Positions 39,562 through 50,179 are shown, numbered from the stretch's first letter. The stretch is DNA of 64,000 bases from a virus (IMGVR_UViG_2882674194_000007:32001-96000); one strand, 5' to 3'. Translations and numbers: made by a program. Notes: generated by a model not told the origin, from the letters alone.

Positions 39562-39993
39562 ATGGGAAAATATTTGGATCAATGTTGTGATGACGCATGG
39601 GATGTTATTCGAGGAAGAAAGAAAATTATTGGGAATAAGATTGTAAGTATCAAAGATACAGAAGAAATTGGGAATAAAGACAAAGAAGTATATGGTTGGT
39701 TAGCTCCTGATGGTACATTTTATCCTGTGGAATTTGGAAATCATCAAGCATGGGCATCTGAATATCTCTTGAAGTTGTATCATGATGGAGAAATATCTGA
39801 TGAACAAGCTAGACCTAAAGATAACGGAGATGTAGGTGATTTATTGACTGATATGGGTTGGATTTTGATTCATAATCCGCATGGTTATGATTTTAAGATT
39901 ACACGAAACCTATCAAAGAGAGTCACGAATAAACAGAAAGATTATTTGCGTAGTATTGGGAAGATTGATTTATTAGAGAAGGAATTTGTATAG
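39562..39993 (+). CDS. Hypothetical protein
   Basis: GWLAPDGTFY...H...GWI pattern. Confidence 0.7.
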   Translation: MGKYLDQCCDDAWDVIRGRKKIIGNKIVSIKDTEEIGNKDKEVYGWLAPDGTFYPVEFGNHQAWASEYLLKLYHDGEISDEQARPKDNGDVGDLLTDMGWILIHNPHGYDFKITRNLSKRVTNKQKDYLRSIGKIDLLEKEFV

Positions 39994-40038
39994 TAGGCAA
40001 TAAATGTCTGATTTCAAGGAAGAATTGAGGTAAAATAT

Positions 40039-40284
40039 ATGAACTTAGTTGGAAAAGATGTTGCAATAATGCGTTTATGCATGGTAGGTAATACACCAAC
40101 AAAAGTAGATGAAGAATATATTGGAACAGCACTAAGAAAAGTGGTTAAAATTGTTCATGAATTTGATGATGGATTATTTTTGACTGATTTCTTTATGCCA
40201 GAACATATTGATAAGAAAAATGACTATTGTCATTATGGCTTTTTGGTGTTGGATCGACATAATTTTGAAACAATTAATTCTTAG
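40039..40284 (+). CDS. Hypothetical protein
   Basis: RBS after motif at 40001. Confidence 0.65.
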   Translation: MNLVGKDVAIMRLCMVGNTPTKVDEEYIGTALRKVVKIVHEFDDGLFLTDFFMPEHIDKKNDYCHYGFLVLDRHNFETINS

Positions 40285-40538
40285 AGAAGGTGGATAATAT
40301 GATTGAAATAAAAAGAAAAGCGAACTTAAAGGTGCAGAAAAGTATGGTGATTGTAATAGCTGCTCAAAAAGGAGTGGTGAAACGGATCTGTACCAGATAG
40401 AATTTCATTATGATGATTCTACAAAAAATCATACTGTCAATTTGTGCTTTAATTGTATGTGTGAATTAGGGAATATGATTTATGATATATATCAATCTGA
40501 AACGGAGAAAATATAAAAATATTTTGGAGGAAACGAAT

Positions 40539-40778
40539 ATGAAAAGGACAATAGAAGAATGTTTACAACGATGTGAAACAAAAGACTTTGATGAAACGAT
40601 GGTATCAGTTTGTGAATTGAGACGGGCTGTCGAGTGTATAAAAAAGTTGGACGTAATAAAGGAAAAAATAATTGAAATGATGGAAGATTTAGAAAATACC
40701 ACAAAAGAAAGACACATGAATGATTTAGAGTATGGAAGATATTCTGCTATGAGTGATGTTTTGAACTTGATTGATTAG
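40539..40778 (+). CDS. Hypothetical protein
   Basis: GGAGG RBS. Confidence 0.65.
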   Translation: MKRTIEECLQRCETKDFDETMVSVCELRRAVECIKKLDVIKEKIIEMMEDLENTTKERHMNDLEYGRYSAMSDVLNLID

Positions 40779-41027
40779 GCAAGGAAATTCGATTTTCATT
40801 GGGGAGGGAATGAAATGTTATACGGTGTATATGTAAAAAGTGGTGACGAAAACAGTAAGCCACAAATGAGGATGCGATCTTCAAGTGATGCAAATTTCCT
40901 TTTTCGTAAGGGATGTGAAGCAGTATTTTTAAGTGAGATAGATGCTTTTGGATATGGTTTTGAACAATCTAAAATGAGAAAAATAGATTTTGATAGAAAT
41001 ATTATTGATATAGATGAGGATTAATAT

Positions 41028-41327
41028 ATGGACATGAATTATAAACCTAAATTTTATGATTGTATATTAGATGGAATAAGGAAAGAGGGTAGTAAGAATT
41101 TATTTCATCTGACAGAAAAAGAAACAGAAGGAAGAAATCAAATGCAGATTGAGGTGGATCAGCCTTCAGAATTGATTTTAGAAAGAATGAAGGAATGCAT
41201 TCTTGGGAAAAGAAAAATACTATATTTAACCAATGGAATGAGAGATATTAATGTATCTTATCTTGGAGATAATAAATGGCAGTTATTTGATGAGTTTGAT
41301 ATTTTTGAGTTTGAGATGTCGGTATAA
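41028..41327 (+). CDS. Hypothetical protein
   Basis: RBS; co-oriented. Confidence 0.65.
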   Translation: MDMNYKPKFYDCILDGIRKEGSKNLFHLTEKETEGRNQMQIEVDQPSELILERMKECILGKRKILYLTNGMRDINVSYLGDNKWQLFDEFDIFEFEMSV

Positions 41328-41706
41328 GAGAAGTTAATGTTTTTTCGGAGGCAATTGTTGAAATGATTACTTGGAAATGTTTATATAAATTAGATGGTGA
41401 AGAACTGAGAGGAATAGTAAATGACATAAAAAATGGTGAAAGTTATACTGTTTCTGGATGGGAAGATACATATCCAACAGATAATGATATTTTGAAGTAT
41501 GCTGCCAGATGTGGTGTGAGGTGATTAGTGTGGGACAAGATAGAAAAATGAATAATCCTTCTTGGTGTTGTGAAAAGATAGAAGAATTACTACAAGAATA
41601 TAAAAATAAGCAAGAAGATTCTCATGATCCGGCAGAATATGAGACATATAAAGAAGTTATTGAAGATATAGAGAAGATTTTATATGAATGATTGGAGAAT
41701 GTGAGT

Positions 41707-42087
41707 ATGGAGAAGAAATTTAAACATGGTGATAGAGTTTATCATAAAAATTTAAAGCAGTATGGATTCTTTATCGGATATGCGTGGGAGTCCGAAGAAG
41801 AATGTGATGTGGACTTTGAAACAGAAGATGGAGAAATGGAACAGAAGCATGTCAGTGTGAAGTGGCTGGAACCAGCACAGAAAACATATAACAAGAAAGT
41901 CATGGAAGCTCTTAGGCAACGTAGAGGATTAGAACCTGGAGACGCGTCCAAGGATACAGATATTATGAGTATGACAAAACAGGATGCATTCAATGAATAT
42001 TGCCAGTGGGAAGGACTGATTGGTGGATACGGATACTCATTACTAAATGTTGTGGAAAATATTTATGGTATAAATTTGCAACAGTAA
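41707..42087 (+). CDS. Hypothetical protein (SH3-like N-terminus)
   Basis: KFKHGDRVYHK pattern. Confidence 0.65.
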   Translation: MEKKFKHGDRVYHKNLKQYGFFIGYAWESEEECDVDFETEDGEMEQKHVSVKWLEPAQKTYNKKVMEALRQRRGLEPGDASKDTDIMSMTKQDAFNEYCQWEGLIGGYGYSLLNVVENIYGINLQQ

Positions 42088-42096
42088 ATTTTTAGA

Positions 42097-42477
42097 TTGG
42101 AGGATATCATGCTTGATGTTGAGTTAGATAATGGTAAATATACTTCGTGTTTAAATTGTAACGAGAAGCAAGATGAATATAGAAAAATATATTCAATTAC
42201 TATAGGAAATTTGAATCCATTAAAAATAAATTTATGTACTGAATGCATGGGCGTGTTGGTTTCTAAAATGACATATGCGTTTAATATGGAATTTCCAAAT
42301 AATGATAAGACAGATTACGATACTGAATTGGAAATTGAAAGTAAATTAAGAATTTTACTTAATAAGAAAATTTCTGGAACTTGGAATGAAGATTGTCAAA
42401 AGGAATTAGATTCTCTTAACGAAGAAAAAATGTGCAATTCTCATAGATTGCTTTATAGAGATGTTTGTAATTGGTAA
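42097..42477 (+). CDS. Hypothetical zinc-binding protein
   Basis: CLNC...LCTEC. Confidence 0.65.
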   Translation: MEDIMLDVELDNGKYTSCLNCNEKQDEYRKIYSITIGNLNPLKINLCTECMGVLVSKMTYAFNMEFPNNDKTDYDTELEIESKLRILLNKKISGTWNEDCQKELDSLNEEKMCNSHRLLYRDVCNW

Positions 42478-42527
42478 ATGATAGTCTTGAAATCCGGTTT
42501 TCATAGCATGAATGGAGGAATAGGTAA

Positions 42528-42980
42528 ATGTCAATGAAGTATGAAATTGGTACAAAAGTTAGAATAAGAACTGACTTAGAGACAGATAAACTTTATAATG
42601 GAATTGATTTTAGTATAGATATGAAATCATACATGGGAAAAGAAGCGAAAATTGTAGACTGTAATGAAAATGCATATTTTCTTGATGTAGACAATAGATT
42701 CTGGTCTTGGGGAGAAACAATGTTGAAAGAGGTTTCTAATACACCAACATTAGATCGAATGTTAGAAATCCAAGAACAGTCAGAACTTTGTGGAGAATTT
42801 TTAGATTGGTTTTTACATAAATATGCAGTTTTTGAAAGAAGACAGAAAAGAGAATCACCATTTGTTAATCCAGATGGAGCCAGCGACTATATAAGTAAAG
42901 AGAGATTGCTTGCTGAATTTTTTGACATTGATTTGGATGAGGCTGAAAGAGAAAAAGAGTCTATCTTGAAATCTCTATAA
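42528..42980 (+). CDS. Hypothetical protein
   Basis: GGAGG RBS after motif at 42488. Confidence 0.7.
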   Translation: MSMKYEIGTKVRIRTDLETDKLYNGIDFSIDMKSYMGKEAKIVDCNENAYFLDVDNRFWSWGETMLKEVSNTPTLDRMLEIQEQSELCGEFLDWFLHKYAVFERRQKRESPFVNPDGASDYISKERLLAEFFDIDLDEAEREKESILKSL

Positions 42981-42991
42981 GAGAAAAGAGA

Positions 42992-43423
42992 GTGGCGATT
43001 ATGAAGATTATCTGCTATTCAGTAACAGCATTTGAACCACAGGAACAGACACATCTGGCAAAGAATATTCAGCATCATCTTTCTGGTGGATTTAACATAG
43101 AGGATTATCCTGAGTTTATGAGATGGCAGATTCAGCGTATCCATGAACAAAAGGTAGCTTTCTACAAAGAGCATTTAGAAGACTTGAAGCGTGGTATTTG
43201 GTGTTTTGTAGATGGACATAAGAGTAATCAATCACTAAATCATCTGAAGCATAAAGTTCCGTGTTGAGAAGCTGAGGTTCCTGATGATATAGAGTGTTAT
43301 GATTGTAATTGGGAAAAACTGATAACTATTTCTGATCCTGATGTGCTATGGGGAGGGTGTTATATTCCTGAGAGGGAAATGTGGAAAATCATGAATGTTA
43401 GGAGAAGAAGGAAAACTGCATAA
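42992..43423 (+). pseudogene. Hypothetical gene with in-frame TGA
   Basis: ...KVPC*EAEVPDDIECYDCNW... continues in frame past TGA 43265. Confidence 0.6.
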
Positions 43424-43857
43424 TTATAATATTGGAGGTTAATAACATGAAAACAATTTGGTATGCTGTAGTTGATTCAATAGAAGTTCCAGATGATATG
43501 AGTGATCATGAAATCGATAATAAAATCAATGAAATAGCTGATGGTAAGGAAGTTATGTGGTCAGAAAAAGACGATCTTATTGATATTCGTCAATGGGATT
43601 AAAAATGCCAATAGAATGTTGCTTTTAAGAGGAAATGTGAGGTGTGATATGATGACTATTTTTGAAGCAAATAGTAAATTAATTGAAATTGGAAATGTAA
43701 TGATTGAAGAACATGGTTTACAATATTATATTGTTCCAAGAACAACACTTAAAGAGTCTAATATAGAATTATATAAACAGTCCTATGATAATGTGGAGGC
43801 TGCTTATGAGGTTGCATTGCAGTTGCCATCAAATTTTGGAATGGAGAGCGTCTAAAT

Positions 43858-44178
43858 ATGTTAATATTAAAAGGAAATGTAGGAAAATCGGTAGTATTAC
43901 AATCGCTTATAGAGTCTTATCCAGATTCATATACAATTGTGTATGACAAGGAACCTATTGCTACTATACCAACTTATTATGTATCATCAAAGGAATTTAA
44001 CTTAGAAGATTTGTGTGAGAGTATAAAAAGAGAAATCGAAAGTGAATGTAGATCAAGGTCAATGATTATTGTCTATACAAACCTTCATGAAAGTGAAATC
44101 GGTTGTATTAAATCCTTAGTGGAAAAATTTGAATCGGATCACTTCTGTAGGTGGGGTGTTGTAATGTGTAAGGAATAA
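43858..44178 (+). CDS. Hypothetical protein with degenerate P-loop-like start
   Basis: LILKGNVGKS. Confidence 0.6.
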   Translation: MLILKGNVGKSVVLQSLIESYPDSYTIVYDKEPIATIPTYYVSSKEFNLEDLCESIKREIESECRSRSMIIVYTNLHESEIGCIKSLVEKFESDHFCRWGVVMCKE

Positions 44179-44784
44179 ATATAAGGAAAGTTGGTGATTC
44201 ATCTATGAATAAACTACCTAAAATTGGTGATTTATTATATGCTGAAAGTGGTTATTTAATTGTAAGGCATTTGAAAATCATAGCAATTGATAAAAAAGAA
44301 AATATCAGTGATAGTATTGTAACAGTAATTGGAAAATATGGAAGAAGATATAGTGAACCTTTATGGATGTTTGCTGGAATTGAGTAAATGAAATGCTGTT
44401 TTTAAGGAGCAGATTAATATGTTGGGAATATGGTTGTTAAGGAGACATGCAAAAAAATCAAAAGAAAAATTAAGGGATTATTTATCTATTGATGATTTTG
44501 CAATTTTGTTATCAGAATATGATGGTTACGCCAAAAGTTTACCAAGGTGGGTGTGGTGGTTTTAGGCAATGAAAGGCTGGTTTTAAGAAGGGGAGGAGAA
44601 AATGCAATATTGTAATACAAAAAAGAGTTGTAAATATAAACATGATTGTTATAATGAACAGACGGTTGTGGATGGAGATAAGTTATGTACATTTTCTGAT
44701 TGGTGTTTATATCAGGAAATAATTGAAGATGATAAAGATTAACTTCGAAATTCAAGTTTTAAGTAATGGACTGGTGGTGATATA

Positions 44785-45306
44785 ATGAAATGGGATGAGA
44801 TACCTAAATTTAAAGAATTTGGAATAGTCAATCCTGTAAATTATGGCTTTGCGTTATATGTGGAGTTTATAAATGAACAAATTGATAAATATGATTTGCA
44901 GCTTAATCCAGAGTTTCAGCGTGGTCATGTATGGGTAGAAGAACAGCAGATAAAATATATTGAATTTATTCTTCGTGGCGGAAAAACAGGAAGAGATTTT
45001 TATTTTAATTGGAACCAAAAAACCAATGAATATGTATGTGTTGATGGATTACAGCGTACTAAGGCATTTATGCGATTTATTACTGGTGAAATAATGGTAT
45101 TTGGACAATATTATGATGACTTTGGTTTTACTAAGAGAGTAGCGGGTTATAACCCATTACCAGAGTTTCGGATTAATGTATATATGAATCATTTGGAGAA
45201 TAAGAAAGAGATTTTAGAATGGTATGTAGATATGAATTCTGGTGGAACACCACATACAAATGCTGAGATTGAAAGAGTTAAGAAAATGATTTTGGAACTG
45301 GGATGA
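44785..45306 (+). CDS. Short DUF262 domain protein (paralog of 37829-38356)
   Basis: LNPEFQRGHVW, VCVDGLQR, MNSGGTPHT. Confidence 0.85.
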   Translation: MKWDEIPKFKEFGIVNPVNYGFALYVEFINEQIDKYDLQLNPEFQRGHVWVEEQQIKYIEFILRGGKTGRDFYFNWNQKTNEYVCVDGLQRTKAFMRFITGEIMVFGQYYDDFGFTKRVAGYNPLPEFRINVYMNHLENKKEILEWYVDMNSGGTPHTNAEIERVKKMILELG

Positions 45307-45331
45307 TTAAAATATATGTGAGGGTATAGAG

Positions 45332-46072
45332 ATGAATAGTCCTAAGAATAATGATATTTTAGATTTTCTTTTGGAAAGATTCAAAATAGAAAGAGAGAAG
45401 TTTGACAGATCTGGTGTGTATGCATATACGCAGCGTTTGTTTGCCTATAATTCAAATAAAATTGAGGGAAGTACGCTTACTGAGGAACAGACGGCATCTT
45501 TGTTTGACAATGGTACACTTCCAAAATCAGATGATTATTACAGAGCAAAGGATGTTGAGGAAATGAATGGGCATTTTCTCATGTTTAATAAGATGTTGGA
45601 CACGCTGGATGAGCCATTGACACAGGAACTAATAAAGAAATTTCATTATGAGTTGAAGTCTGGAGTATTTGAGGATCGTGCTAACGGATATGCAATCGGC
45701 GATTATAAGCAACGTCCTAATATGATCGGAATGTATCAGACTGTAAGACCAGAAGACGTTGAAAAAGAGATGAATGTTCTCATGGGATGGTATTTTAGAC
45801 AGAAAGTAAATATTTCTGTATTATCTGAGTTTCATGCAAGATACGAAAGTATTCATCCATTCCAGGACGGAAACGGTAGGACGGGAAGGTTGATTCTCTT
45901 TAGGGAGTGCCTAAAGAATGGTATTGTGCCGGTTGTGATTGAAGATGCAAATAGAAATGAGTATCTGGAGGCATTAAAAGAATATAGAGAAGAAAAAAGT
46001 CTGGATAAATTAATTACACTTTTTGAAAAAGAGCAGCAGTTTTATTTTGGGAAGTGCAAATATTTTATGTGA
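45332..46072 (+). CDS. Fic family protein
   Basis: SNKIEG and HPFQDGNGRTGR motifs. Confidence 0.95.
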   Translation: MNSPKNNDILDFLLERFKIEREKFDRSGVYAYTQRLFAYNSNKIEGSTLTEEQTASLFDNGTLPKSDDYYRAKDVEEMNGHFLMFNKMLDTLDEPLTQELIKKFHYELKSGVFEDRANGYAIGDYKQRPNMIGMYQTVRPEDVEKEMNVLMGWYFRQKVNISVLSEFHARYESIHPFQDGNGRTGRLILFRECLKNGIVPVVIEDANRNEYLEALKEYREEKSLDKLITLFEKEQQFYFGKCKYFM

Positions 46073-46305
46073 GAGGAAATCTATATGGCAAAGAAAAATT
46101 ATTATTGTATTAAAGCGAGTAAAGGAAATGCATGTGATACTATTTCTTTTGAGAAAGATGAAGATGATATGATTTGTATTTGCATGGAAGGTGAAGAATT
46201 AAGGTTTACTGTAAAAGAAGCAAAAGAAATTGCGGATAAACTGAGAAAATGTGCGAATGAATAGAAATGAATGTTCAGTTTTATGATATATAGGAGAAAA
46301 TTAAT

Positions 46306-46722
46306 TTGAAAACATTATATATGTGTGAAATTTGTGGAAGACAATCTGAAGATAAAGATGATATTGAAAAGTGTGAAAATGTAGGTGTACCAGCTCCGTT
46401 GGTAAATATAGGAGATATAATATATTTTAATGATTGCAAAGAAACGCCCATATTATTTGGAAATGAAAAACTTATTACAAAAATTTCTAATACAGGCAGT
46501 TTATATGATACCATGAGAAAAGCAAGAGTATTTTTAAATCAATTGTTGAGGTATAAAGTTCAAAATATTATCGTAGATGGTCATGAGATAGAATATAGAT
46601 TACAAGGTATAAAAGGTGAATCTATTAATTTTTCAGCATCAGATGATTTAAAAACTTTTTGGAGATATCCTGTTATTTATGGGAATGATTTTATGCAAGA
46701 AATATTAGATAAGTATAATTGA
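46306..46722 (+). CDS. Hypothetical protein
   Basis: YMCEICG...KCE; between motifs at 46268 and 46727. Confidence 0.7.
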   Translation: MKTLYMCEICGRQSEDKDDIEKCENVGVPAPLVNIGDIIYFNDCKETPILFGNEKLITKISNTGSLYDTMRKARVFLNQLLRYKVQNIIVDGHEIEYRLQGIKGESINFSASDDLKTFWRYPVIYGNDFMQEILDKYN

Positions 46723-46765
46723 CAGATAAAAGTGAAATTTTAAGGATAAATATAGAGGTAGAAAT

Positions 46766-46987
46766 ATGACAGGAGATAAGTATAGAGTAAAATGTGATTG
46801 TCAGATTAGCAGATTTAAGTTAAAGCAAGGTGATATATTGATTGAATTTGGTGCATATAACTTTGAAACAGAAGAATATGAAGATGGTGGCGAATACAAC
46901 GATCTTAGAAATAATAATTATGAATATATATGTGATGTTGGCAGTCAATTCTCAAAAGAGAATTTAGAGAAAATGGAAATAAAATAA
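46766..46987 (+). CDS. Hypothetical protein
   Basis: Between motifs at 46727 and 46980. Confidence 0.7.
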   Translation: MTGDKYRVKCDCQISRFKLKQGDILIEFGAYNFETEEYEDGGEYNDLRNNNYEYICDVGSQFSKENLEKMEIK

Positions 46988-47111
46988 CTATTTCAGGAGG
47001 AATGAGCATGTTCGAAATCATAAATGTAAGAGTCCACATATGTATCCTGTAAACATTTCCAGCCTTGATAGGTGTTTACAGGGTGCAAATAATATCAAGG
47101 AGGACTCTTCT

Positions 47112-47366
47112 ATGGAGAAAGAACAAAGAGGTACAGAATATCGGAGGTATATAAGAAGTAAGGCAATATTAAGAAAGAAGCGTATAAGTAACTCAGTATA
47201 TGGACTTGATTGGTATAAACATGATGGACAATATTCAAAGGGGAAAATACATTGTGGCTGCGGATTGTGTAAATTTGGCAAGAGATATGGATTGCCGACA
47301 ACTAGGGATATGCGAGAGAAATTAAGAGAGCGCATATTATTAGATGATTATAAAAAGACACAATGA
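47112..47366 (+). CDS. Basic hypothetical protein
   Basis: GKIHCGCGLC; AGGAGG RBS. Confidence 0.65.
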   Translation: MEKEQRGTEYRRYIRSKAILRKKRISNSVYGLDWYKHDGQYSKGKIHCGCGLCKFGKRYGLPTTRDMREKLRERILLDDYKKTQ

Positions 47367-47751
47367 AAAATTTTTTGCAAAGAACACTGAAAGCGATACA
47401 AATAAATGTATCGCTTTTATTAATATAGAAACCATAATTTTATCTTTTATAGTAGATAGTATAACATAGAAAAAGCCTTATTTCTACATTAAGAATATGG
47501 AAGTAATGGATAAAACTGTAATATGAACCGACACTCAAAAAATATAAAAGTGTGCAAAATAGGCACTTTCTCATACGGAAAACAAGATAAAATTATGGTT
47601 TCATTTTTTTAAAATATATGATTTCCTGAAAATGACGAAATGATGATTAAAATATGAAATAGGATATCAATAGTAAGATTTTTTGTAGAATAATTTGGTA
47701 GTGAAGTTTTAATTAAGAGTCCAGTTTAATGTACATGAAAAACGTTATTAT

Positions 47752-47994
47752 TTATTCAGTTGAATTGCCTTTATTTATAAAATGAATTGGATCAATAATG
47801 TTTTCGCTTTCGATAACTTCATTTACACTACATTCAAGTGCTGTACAAATTTTTTGCAAAACATCAAATTGAATAGCTGAAGTTTTACCATTACATAAAT
47901 TATTAATAGTAGATGCAGCAATTCCAGTTGTTTGAGCAAGCCAATATTGTGAATGTCCCTTTTGTTGTAAAGTATTATTTAAAGTAATTTGCAT
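47752..47994 (-). CDS. XRE family HTH repressor
   Basis: SQYWLAQTTGIAASTINNLCNG...LQKICTALEC. Confidence 0.9.
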   Translation of the reverse strand: MQITLNNTLQQKGHSQYWLAQTTGIAASTINNLCNGKTSAIQFDVLQKICTALECSVNEVIESENIIDPIHFINKGNSTE

Positions 47995-48049
47995 TAAAGA
48001 TATTCTCCTTATTATATAGAATTATATTAACAAAAATATTTGCTTTTTG

Positions 48050-48090
48050 CAATAATTAGTGTTGACAATAATTAGTGCATAAACTATAAT
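48050..48090 (+). promoter_or_regulatory. Sigma-A promoter with tandem operator repeats
   Basis: TTGACA(48062)-17-TATAAT(48085); CAATAATTAGTG at 48050 and 48066. Confidence 0.85.
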
Positions 48091-48146
48091 ATGAAGTATC
48101 AAGAGTAAATGTAGGACATACATAAAGCTATGAGAGGAGGAAAGCT

Positions 48147-48575
48147 ATGAGGATGTTTGATATTTTTTATGCTAATTTATCAAAAAATGCCGTACAATCT
48201 GAGCAAGGCGGCATTCGTCCAGTTATTGTCATCCAAAATGATGTTGGAAATAAATATAGTCCTACAGTGATTGTGCTTCCTATAACTTCGGAAATTAAAA
48301 AGGAGAATATGCCAACTCATTGTATATTACACAAAACTTATAGAAATGGATTAGAAGTGGATTCTATGGTGTTAGCTGAACAAATTCGGGTTATTGATAA
48401 AAGCAGATTGTTAAATAAAATTGGTTACTTAGACGATGCTAATGAGCAAAATGATGTTATAAACACATATCTTGCCAATATTACAGGAAAGAAGAGATAT
48501 ACATCTATGTGGTCTAAAGTAGTTAATATGATTTTCAAATTAGTTAAGGAGGGTGAGTATGGGAGAGCAGCTTAG
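48147..48575 (+). CDS. mazF: PemK/MazF family endoribonuclease
   Basis: SEQGGIRPVIVIQNDVGNKYSPTVIVLPITS...EQIRVIDKSRL. Confidence 0.92.
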   Translation: MRMFDIFYANLSKNAVQSEQGGIRPVIVIQNDVGNKYSPTVIVLPITSEIKKENMPTHCILHKTYRNGLEVDSMVLAEQIRVIDKSRLLNKIGYLDDANEQNDVINTYLANITGKKRYTSMWSKVVNMIFKLVKEGEYGRAA

Positions 48576-48852
48576 ATTTGTGAGCAAAGAAGAAGCACAT
48601 AAATTGATTGATGCAATGCCAGGCAATTGTGTATTAGTTATAAAATATAATAATATTATTGGAATGTCTGATAATGAAAAATATGTTAAGAAAAAGAGAG
48701 GTAAAAGATATGTAGATAAATCTGAGACGTTAGTATTAGTTGATAGTAGACCTATATTAACCTTGAATCTACATGATAAATTTATTAAGGATTTTTCAGA
48801 ATACAATAGAGAAAATATAGTAAGGAGTATAATGTTAGCAAAACTGGAATAA
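48553..48852 (+). CDS. Hypothetical protein
   Basis: Overlaps the mazF end; AAGGAGG RBS. Confidence 0.7.
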   Translation: MSMGEQLRFVSKEEAHKLIDAMPGNCVLVIKYNNIIGMSDNEKYVKKKRGKRYVDKSETLVLVDSRPILTLNLHDKFIKDFSEYNRENIVRSIMLAKLE

Positions 48853-48857
48853 AATAA

Positions 48858-48909
48858 CGAACGCTTGTTCGAGAAAATTATTGACAAATAAAAACACATG
48901 TTCTATACT
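48858..48909 (+). promoter_or_regulatory. LexA (SOS) box-controlled promoter
   Basis: CGAAC-GCTT-GTTCG at 48858; AAAAC-ACAT-GTTCT inside TTGACA(48881)-17-TATACT(48904). Confidence 0.8.
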
Positions 48910-49136
48910 TATGATTGTTAAAAGCAATTAAACATAAAAGACCCATCCTCAAGCGGTGCTACCAACACCATCGGATAGGTCTTCTACATACACACAAATT
49001 CGATGCCATAAGGCTAGAATTTGAAACGCAGAATGCGCTTAAAGTTATTTTACATATTTGAAAGATTAAAGTCAAGCAATTTCAAGCGATTCTGCAAAAA
49101 AATTCAAATTAGAAAATAACTAAATATTGTGTTTAA

Positions 49137-49208
49137 TGGGCTATTGCCAAGCGGCAAGGCACAGGACTTTGACTCCTGCATTCGCTGGTTCGAATCCAGC
49201 TAGCCCAG
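49137..49208 (+). tRNA. tRNA-Gln (TTG)
   Basis: TGGGCTA/TAGCCCA acceptor; CAGGA-CTTTGAC-TCCTG; GCTGG-TTCGAAT-CCAGC. Confidence 0.95.
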
Positions 49209-49212
49209 TTAT

Positions 49213-49286
49213 GGATCCTTATTTCAGTTGGTTAGAAATCTCGGCTCATAACCGAGCAGTCCTGGGTTCGAGTCCCAGAGGATCCA
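49213..49286 (+). tRNA. tRNA with CAT anticodon, probably Ile2 (or elongator Met)
   Basis: GGATCCT/AGGATCC; CTCGG-CTCATAA-CCGAG; CTGGG-TTCGAGT-CCCAG; paired 1-72 so not initiator. Confidence 0.9.
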
Positions 49287-49360
49287 TTAAATCAGTGTTT
49301 TAAGCACACTGTATTTTTTATACCCATTTTTAGGGAATCAATAAGAAAGGATGAAGAAAA

Positions 49361-49978
49361 ATGGACTATGTAATTAAAAATTATAAGAATCTGTACATTC
49401 GACTCAATAAAAACGGAACACCTGTTACATGTGCAGAACATGAAAAAACATTATTTGAGCAGTCAAAAGCAAAGAATATTTTTGATAGTTTGCCAAAAAC
49501 ATTGAAAAGATTAAATTTTAAGGTAGAACCTATTTTGGATGTTGGGCAAAATAAATTAAATTCATCCGAGGATAGAAAAACAATAAAAAATGAAAATTAC
49601 ATAATTCCTGATCAAATCACACAATGGATTGAGAAATTTGGAATATGTGATGACATATTGAAAGAAGCGCAAAAGAGAAAAGAAGAACTGGTCAGATTAT
49701 TATCTGATGCAGATAAAGAATTTAGTAATATGGTACATAAAGTTGAACTCGAAGAAAAAATAGATATGTACGGTGCTTGGGAAGAGAGAAATAAGTGGAG
49801 AAAGAATAGAAGAAAGAGAAGAGAAATAAAAGATGAGTTACTAATTATTTCAAATGTATTGAAAATGGATTTTAGAAATCTTGATAGAAGTACAATTGAT
49901 AAAGTTGTTAGAGGATTAGCAAAAAGAAAATTTACATACCGAGTAGTCGAAGAGGAGGAAACAGAAAATGTTGTGTAA
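49361..49978 (+). CDS. Hypothetical coiled-coil protein
   Basis: 205 aa with RBS. Confidence 0.75.
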   Translation: MDYVIKNYKNLYIRLNKNGTPVTCAEHEKTLFEQSKAKNIFDSLPKTLKRLNFKVEPILDVGQNKLNSSEDRKTIKNENYIIPDQITQWIEKFGICDDILKEAQKRKEELVRLLSDADKEFSNMVHKVELEEKIDMYGAWEERNKWRKNRRKRREIKDELLIISNVLKMDFRNLDRSTIDKVVRGLAKRKFTYRVVEEEETENVV

Positions 49979-50150
49979 AAGATGTATGACTGTAATGGCA
50001 ACTGGCACTACATACGAGCAAAGAAGAGATGGTAAATCTTCAGCAAGAAGGTTTCACGAATGTAAAAGGTGTCATGATAAGGTTTATACTAAAGAACCAA
50101 ATTTTCAGGAATGTATGAATAAGGCATCAAATAGATGTAGAAATAAATAA
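49968..50150 (+). CDS. Small zinc-ribbon protein
   Basis: CKRC...CKRC. Confidence 0.6.
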   Translation: MLCKRCMTVMATGTTYEQRRDGKSSARRFHECKRCHDKVYTKEPNFQECMNKASNRCRNK

Positions 50151-50179
50151 TACATAAAATCATAGAGAGGTGTATCATT

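Larger units (their letters stand above)
20601..47420 (+). repeat. Family of related intergenic hairpins (TAGAAGGC...GCCTTTTATAGTG)
   Basis: Copies at about 20601, 23748, 28965, 30225; looser ones at about 22264, 33161, 36277, 47389. Confidence 0.7.
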
